From: an uncultured delta proteobacterium
GTDB taxonomy: Bacteria; Desulfobacterota; Desulfomonilia; Desulfomonilales; Desulfomonilaceae
Direction: 5' to 3'
DNA length: 64,000 nucleotides
Assembly: GCA_963789265.1 (NCBI GenBank)
Contig: CAWBKB010000001.1
Location: 2,464,001 to 2,528,000, forward strand
In this document: positions 59,195 to 64,000 of the stretch, piece by piece
Layout of the letters: each line of letters opens with the position of its first letter
Position numbering within the stretch: position 1 is the stretch's first letter
Notes under the pieces: generated by a model
Told to the model about the DNA's origin: nothing
Database searches by the model: none
Seen by the model: only the letters and a program-made list of their open reading frames with translations
Program-made: the position numbers and the translations under genes

Positions 59195-59956
59195 TCAGGT
59201 AACGGGCTCGGCTGAAGGCCGGACGTCTGCGTTTGCGCCTTGAGAGCCCCTCTGGGAAATCAGTACTGTTCCGAACGGAACATCCTGGTAAGCCCTTACC
59301 AGTTGCAGCTTAATCAGTTCCAGCAGGGCCAGAAACGTAGTAAGAATGTTGAGCCGCGAAAAGTCTTCCTCGAAAAGCGAACCGAAAGTTAACCATTGCT
59401 GAGTTTTCAGTCGTTCAAGAATATGGTGGATCTTGTCTTTCACGAGGAGGCGTTCCGGCTCGAGTTCAATAAGGTCTTTGCGGGCAGTCCGTTGTAGTAG
59501 CCCTCTCAAGGCTTCGAAGAGCTCCGCGATACCCACTTCCAGGGGTTGGCTCCGCTTAGGGAGATCTGAATCATCCTCCGAGGCTTCCCTTGCAAACACA
59601 TCATTGTCCAACATTGGTAGGGACTTCAAATTCTCCGCCGCTTCTCTGTATCGTTTGTACTCCAGTAGGTGAGCCACCAATTCATCTCTGAGGTCCTGGC
59701 CCGATTCGTCCGCGGCCCCTCTTTCATTCACCGGCAGAAGCATCTGCGACTTGATGTGAGTGAGGTACGCGGCCATGACGAGGTATTCACCCGCCACGTC
59801 CAGGTTAAGGGACTTCATCAATTCGATAGTTTCCAAATACTGCTGAGTTATCATCGCAATTGGAATATCGGTTATGCTGACTTCATTGCGATGGATGAGA
59901 TGCAATAGGAGATCAAGCGGGCCCTCGAAAATCTCCAGTTTTATCTCGTAGGACAT
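59195..59956 (-). CDS. scpA: Segregation and condensation protein A (kleisin)
   Basis: FEGPLDLLLHLI, EYLVMAA.L..IKS..LLP, FLALLEL. Confidence 0.96.
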   Translation of the reverse strand: MSYEIKLEIFEGPLDLLLHLIHRNEVSITDIPIAMITQQYLETIELMKSLNLDVAGEYLVMAAYLTHIKSQMLLPVNERGAADESGQDLRDELVAHLLEYKRYREAAENLKSLPMLDNDVFAREASEDDSDLPKRSQPLEVGIAELFEALRGLLQRTARKDLIELEPERLLVKDKIHHILERLKTQQWLTFGSLFEEDFSRLNILTTFLALLELIKLQLVRAYQDVPFGTVLISQRGSQGANADVRPSAEPVT

Positions 59957-59961
59957 GAGAA

Positions 59962-60621
59962 TCAGCCTAGCCCGGACAAAAGTAGTGATAATATGAATTT
60001 TACGGGGGGGAAAATAACGTAGCCCACCGCTCCGGTAAAGACAAGCAGTATGAGGATGATGAAACCGTACGGTTCGAGTTTCTCCAGTTCGTAGGCCTGT
60101 TGCCGAGGCAGCATCCCCCCAAGGATCTTGGCTCCATCCAGAGGCGCGATTGGGATGAGATTGAAAACCGCAAGAATCACGTTAATCTCGACGCCGAAAT
60201 AAAGTATGCGAACCAGCGGTACGAGAATGTAATTTGAAGCGGGACCGATCGCTCTCGCGGCAAAGAGGAACTGCATCATATGGAGGGAAAGCGCAAGGAC
60301 CACCGCGGTTACAAGGTTGGCCGCGGGGCCCCCAAGACTGATCCACAGCATGTCTTTCCTGGGGTTACGAAGATAACGAGGATCCACTGGTACGGGTTTG
60401 GCCCAGCCTATCATCTGGGTCAGGACCAGTACCAGTGTCCCGAATGGGTCAAGATGGCTTATGGGATTGAAGGTTAGTCTGCCCGCCAATTTGGCGGTAG
60501 GATCTCCAAGCCTGTAGGCCACGTACCCGTGCGTATATTCATGCACCGTTATGGCCAACAAGAAGCCTGGAGCAATGATGGCAATTTTCTGAATAATGGT
60601 GGCAATATCGAAGTTGAACAT
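59962..60621 (-). CDS. Site-2 protease family (M50) membrane metalloprotease
   Basis: HEYTHG, GDPTA..GRLTFNP, GWAKPVP, FNLIPIAPLDG. Confidence 0.95.
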   Translation of the reverse strand: MFNFDIATIIQKIAIIAPGFLLAITVHEYTHGYVAYRLGDPTAKLAGRLTFNPISHLDPFGTLVLVLTQMIGWAKPVPVDPRYLRNPRKDMLWISLGGPAANLVTAVVLALSLHMMQFLFAARAIGPASNYILVPLVRILYFGVEINVILAVFNLIPIAPLDGAKILGGMLPRQQAYELEKLEPYGFIILILLVFTGAVGYVIFPPVKFILSLLLSGLG

Positions 60622-61018
60622 AGAACTTTGCTGCTGACTCTCTCCGCGAGGAGCGAGATGACCTAAAGAAGAAGCCCGAAAGGATCGGACCTATTGGGTC
60701 ATTCCTCATTTCTGCGGAAGCAGGTATCTATAATTGGCTGAAGTTGGACGCGTGAATCGACACTCCCGAAGAATAACAGAAGATGCCGTCCAACACACCA
60801 AACCTAGAATTTATGTTTCTTCACGATGCCCCCCGTCTCCATAATAAAGGATTCCATAGGGAACGCTTCACCCACAGATTTGTTTGTAGCCTGTCTCACC
60901 TGACGACCGACATCTCGGTCCAAGCCAGGCGGACCGCAGTGCCCACCTCCGGGCCCGCCACAGATCTTCACTGGTTTCATAGAGTTGCGCCTTTTTCAGC
61001 CCGACTCATTTACCAGGC

Positions 61019-61597
61019 TCAATGCCTAGGCCAAATTTCGCGGCCCACCATATTGTTCAGAACCCTCCTGAGAGCCGCGCCGGCTGTCCAGCCTCCTTGC
61101 CCCAGAAGGGTCATCTTGATCTGAGAAAACGCGGCTACCGCTTCCATGTCTGTCCTTCCAGAGGACCACAAATACTCGGCCCAGCCGATCTGGCCCAGCC
61201 CATAAAGTCCGACGACCACCTGTCCGATTGCCAGCAGTCCTCCGGCAATCTGACCTACGGCCAGCACAACGGCCAAAGCAAACTGACCTAAAGCGAATAA
61301 GCCGATCGCAAATTGGCCAATGGCCACGATGCCCGCGCCGAATTGGGCAATGACGATGCCCCCCACAGCGCATTGTCCTACGGCCAAGAAACCCTTGGCA
61401 ATGCGCAACTTTCCGCGACCGTCCCGTCCGTAAGCGATACTGATAAGCGGAATCCCAAAAAGCGCGGAACGGGTTTTCCATTCGAACCCGGAACAGGAAC
61501 GCCCTGACAGATTGTCGTCCTTGGCTTCGCCAGTCACGGTACTTGATGAATCAGGGGTGGTCACGTCGTGCGATTCGGGTGCATGCTCATCAGTCAA
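61019..61597 (-). CDS. Hypothetical membrane protein with repeated G/AxGQ motifs
   Basis: AGGAG RBS plus TTG; LFGIPLISI..AKGFLAVGQ.AVG..AIGQ repeats. Confidence 0.7.
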   Translation of the reverse strand: MTDEHAPESHDVTTPDSSSTVTGEAKDDNLSGRSCSGFEWKTRSALFGIPLISIAYGRDGRGKLRIAKGFLAVGQCAVGGIVIAQFGAGIVAIGQFAIGLFALGQFALAVVLAVGQIAGGLLAIGQVVVGLYGLGQIGWAEYLWSSGRTDMEAVAAFSQIKMTLLGQGGWTAGAALRRVLNNMVGREIWPRH

Positions 61598-61732
61598 AAC
61601 ACCGCTCCTACCTGTTCATCCGCTGAAGCGAGCAATCCGGGATTGTCGTTACCGTGAACTCGGATTTGCGCCGGTTCCCCTAGGCCACCTTCAACCAGCT
61701 CATCTACGGCCCTTCAACCAGGCGAAATCTAA

Positions 61733-62128
61733 TCACTTGGCCTTTTTCTTTGTCTCTTGTTTGCCTTTTGCCGGAGCTTTCCCGCCGGCCCCTCCCTTGC
61801 CTTTTGCGGGAGCGGGCTTTTCGTCGGATTTCTTCTTCCCTTTCGCCTTTTTTTCGCCTGCTATAGCTGCAATCCGATCCGCTTCAGCCTCCGCGCGGCG
61901 TTGTTCCTTCTTCTCCAGCAAACGCTTCTTCTGCTCTTCCAGGGCGGAAATTCGAGAGATTGCCGCGTTAATTTGCTTAATCTTCGCGGAGAAGTGCTTG
62001 ATTTTAGGATCCTTTGCGATGGCCTTTTCGGGTAGGCCCTTTTCTGCGAGGGCAGCTTTGCGGGCTTCAGCCTGCCTCAGATATCGGGCCTTTTGACTGT
62101 CCTTGGTTTCCTGGGTCTTGGATGGCAT
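61733..62128 (-). CDS. Lys/Ala-rich basic hypothetical protein
   Basis: GGAGAGGTG RBS; coiled coil followed by K/A/P/G tail; TTGACT-N17-TAACAT upstream. Confidence 0.8.
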   Translation of the reverse strand: MPSKTQETKDSQKARYLRQAEARKAALAEKGLPEKAIAKDPKIKHFSAKIKQINAAISRISALEEQKKRLLEKKEQRRAEAEADRIAAIAGEKKAKGKKKSDEKPAPAKGKGGAGGKAPAKGKQETKKKAK

Positions 62129-62492
62129 GCATCACCTCTCCTGGGTGCCTATTCGATAAACCCGTGATGTTATGATAGCGTTTATTCTAAGTCAAGGTCG
62201 AGAGCATCAAGCTTCATTCCGCGACGCTCTACTACTGATATATCCTTCGCATTCCGTCATAGGCTACAACAATCGGACCCGGTCCCCAAGAAAAGGATTT
62301 CCATTTGATTTATCCTTTCATACGGATTGGTGAGCAGCCAGAATGCCCCTCAGTTTCATACGTATTCCGAGACTTGCCGGTTATCGGATTACCGGTGCGT
62401 CAATTCAGAAGATGCGTAATCAGGGCTAATACGATGTCAAATTAGAATTCCCTATTTCACATTCTTCATCACAGTTCTTCCTCAGATTAAGA

Positions 62493-63530
62493 TTAAGTCC
62501 AGCATATCCGGGCTTTTTTTGCAATATTTTCAGGCGACGTGAACGTCGTCATATCTCCGAGCATGATTTCGAAGCCAGTATGGTCATTTCGCACCCAAGG
62601 TGCATGATTCGACCGAGCGAGGATAACGATTCGCATTTCCAGATGAGCATTTCCGTCTTCAACAAACAGCATGCCGAGATTGTATCCGTTTCGACAAAGG
62701 CTTCGATAAAACTTCTGAGTGTTGATAACTCCTTGTGCTAGATGTTTCCAGTCTGAATCCGTTATCTGATGCAAGGAAGTGATCCCGGGTAAAATCCCCC
62801 AGATTTCAAAAAAACCTTCGGGTGCAAAGGCAGTCATCCACTCCCATGAACCTGTCTTTCCAATATAGCGGCTCCCGTCTCGCTTTTCATGTAACAGATA
62901 ATCCGAAAAGAGATATGAGCCGACCTGCCGAAAATATTCTTCAGCCCTTTTGCTCAAAAAGCGATGATTATTGGGAGCAATTCTGTGGGCATTGATTTGA
63001 AGGTGGGGATGAATCATAGAGCCGCCGGCGGAAGGGAGATGATTTTGCGTAATCGCCATATAAACGGCTTCAGAGTCATAGTTAAGTATGTGGCTCAGAT
63101 AATTGCGGCAGTTGATGAAACAGTCGGCATAAGAGCTCACGGAGGCCGTCCCGATTTCCACAAAGTGCCTGTTGTCAAAAAGACTTACCGCGGAATAGCT
63201 TCCGTAAGGAAATAGATTCGGAAACAAAATCGAATCATTGTGGCACAAGCGTCCGTCAGGGCAAATATTGGAAAAGATTCTGGGAGTCCTTGTCATGACC
63301 TGCGGCTTACAAAAAGGACAGCCTGCAGTATCGTCAGAATTTGGAGGAGGCTGCGGCAGGCTTTCCGTTCCCGGTTCTTTTTCCGCGCCTCGTCCGAATG
63401 CTATTCTGCTGGTTCGCCCTGTAATAGGATTCATGCGGACTTCGATGCGATTCTCAACATCTTCACCGGAGGGGGCAATATATTTTGCGGTAACTATTTG
63501 TTTTTCAAAAGATAAAATATTATTGTTCAT
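62493..63530 (-). CDS. Galactose-1-phosphate uridylyltransferase-like (HIT superfamily) protein
   Basis: E.R.NPITG, CPFC, FPNLFPY, AGGSMIHPHLQ (HxHxQ). Confidence 0.85.
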   Translation of the reverse strand: MNNNILSFEKQIVTAKYIAPSGEDVENRIEVRMNPITGRTSRIAFGRGAEKEPGTESLPQPPPNSDDTAGCPFCKPQVMTRTPRIFSNICPDGRLCHNDSILFPNLFPYGSYSAVSLFDNRHFVEIGTASVSSYADCFINCRNYLSHILNYDSEAVYMAITQNHLPSAGGSMIHPHLQINAHRIAPNNHRFLSKRAEEYFRQVGSYLFSDYLLHEKRDGSRYIGKTGSWEWMTAFAPEGFFEIWGILPGITSLHQITDSDWKHLAQGVINTQKFYRSLCRNGYNLGMLFVEDGNAHLEMRIVILARSNHAPWVRNDHTGFEIMLGDMTTFTSPENIAKKARICWT

Positions 63531-63699
63531 CTGGCGCCTCGCATCGGGTTAAGCAAACAAGAAATTCCGACAATGTCTTCAATCACTGATAATATCAGGA
63601 ACCGAGGCACAAAGAGAATCGATCTTCGCCGACCTTTCAGGTTTTTTCAGGGATTGCTTATTCGAAGAGACGATTGCGGGAGTCTGCGCCGCCGCAGCT

Positions 63700-63918
63700 T
63701 CATTTGCCGCGATAGACTATCAGGCCGTGGGTAAGATCGTACGGAGAAAGGGCTACAGTCACTCGATCGCCCAACAACACTTTGATCCTGAACCTTGACA
63801 TTCTGCCCGAAAGCTTGGTTCGTATGCTTCGACCATCGTCCGTCTCAACCTGGTACATTCCCCCTGAATGGACCTTCACCACTGTTCCTTCAACCTTAAC
63901 GTTGTCATCCCTACTCAC
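63700..63918 (-). CDS. infA: Translation initiation factor IF-1
   Basis: 72 aa; VEGTV, LSGRM.RFRIKVLLGDRVTVALSPYDLTHGLIVYR. Confidence 0.96.
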   Translation of the reverse strand: MSRDDNVKVEGTVVKVHSGGMYQVETDDGRSIRTKLSGRMSRFRIKVLLGDRVTVALSPYDLTHGLIVYRGK

Positions 63919-64000
63919 TTGTTATACCCTTCCTGTTGTGCACAACATCACTTATTCTCCTATTCGTGAATGATATCATCACTCTTACGAGAGCCACCGA

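Overview
Chromosomal window from a GC-moderate anaerobic bacterium. Gene content and order suggest a Desulfobacterota/Desulfomonile-like organism (inference). Housekeeping blocks: ttcA-ribE-ribBA-ribH-nusB, grpE-dnaK, mtnA-pncB, prmA, ileS-lspA, B12-domain gene plus icmF, hisC-cmk-rpsA, a probable CC-adding enzyme, a sigma-54 two-component pair, ferredoxin, site-2 protease-scpA and infA. An accessory zone (~9-31 kb) holds a PemIK-type toxin-antitoxin pair next to a wrecked MNT-HEPN locus, a truncated Ser/Thr kinase, two GYD-domain genes and three zinc-ribbon/cyclase/AAA/TPR genes or fragments. One cyclase gene is split by a 2938-bp three-gene transposon (Zn-finger protein + DDE transposase + ExeA-like AAA ATPase) with TGT..ACA ends, three repeated 16-mers per end and an imperfect 7-bp target duplication. 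Intergenic DNA is rich in several REP-like families, and a ~17-nt hairpin (TCCCRCG-N3/4-CGCGGGA) recurs inside those other repeats. About ten genes carry frameshifts, nearly all single-base insertions, which I read as probable sequencing errors. I saw no rRNA, tRNA or CRISPR array.
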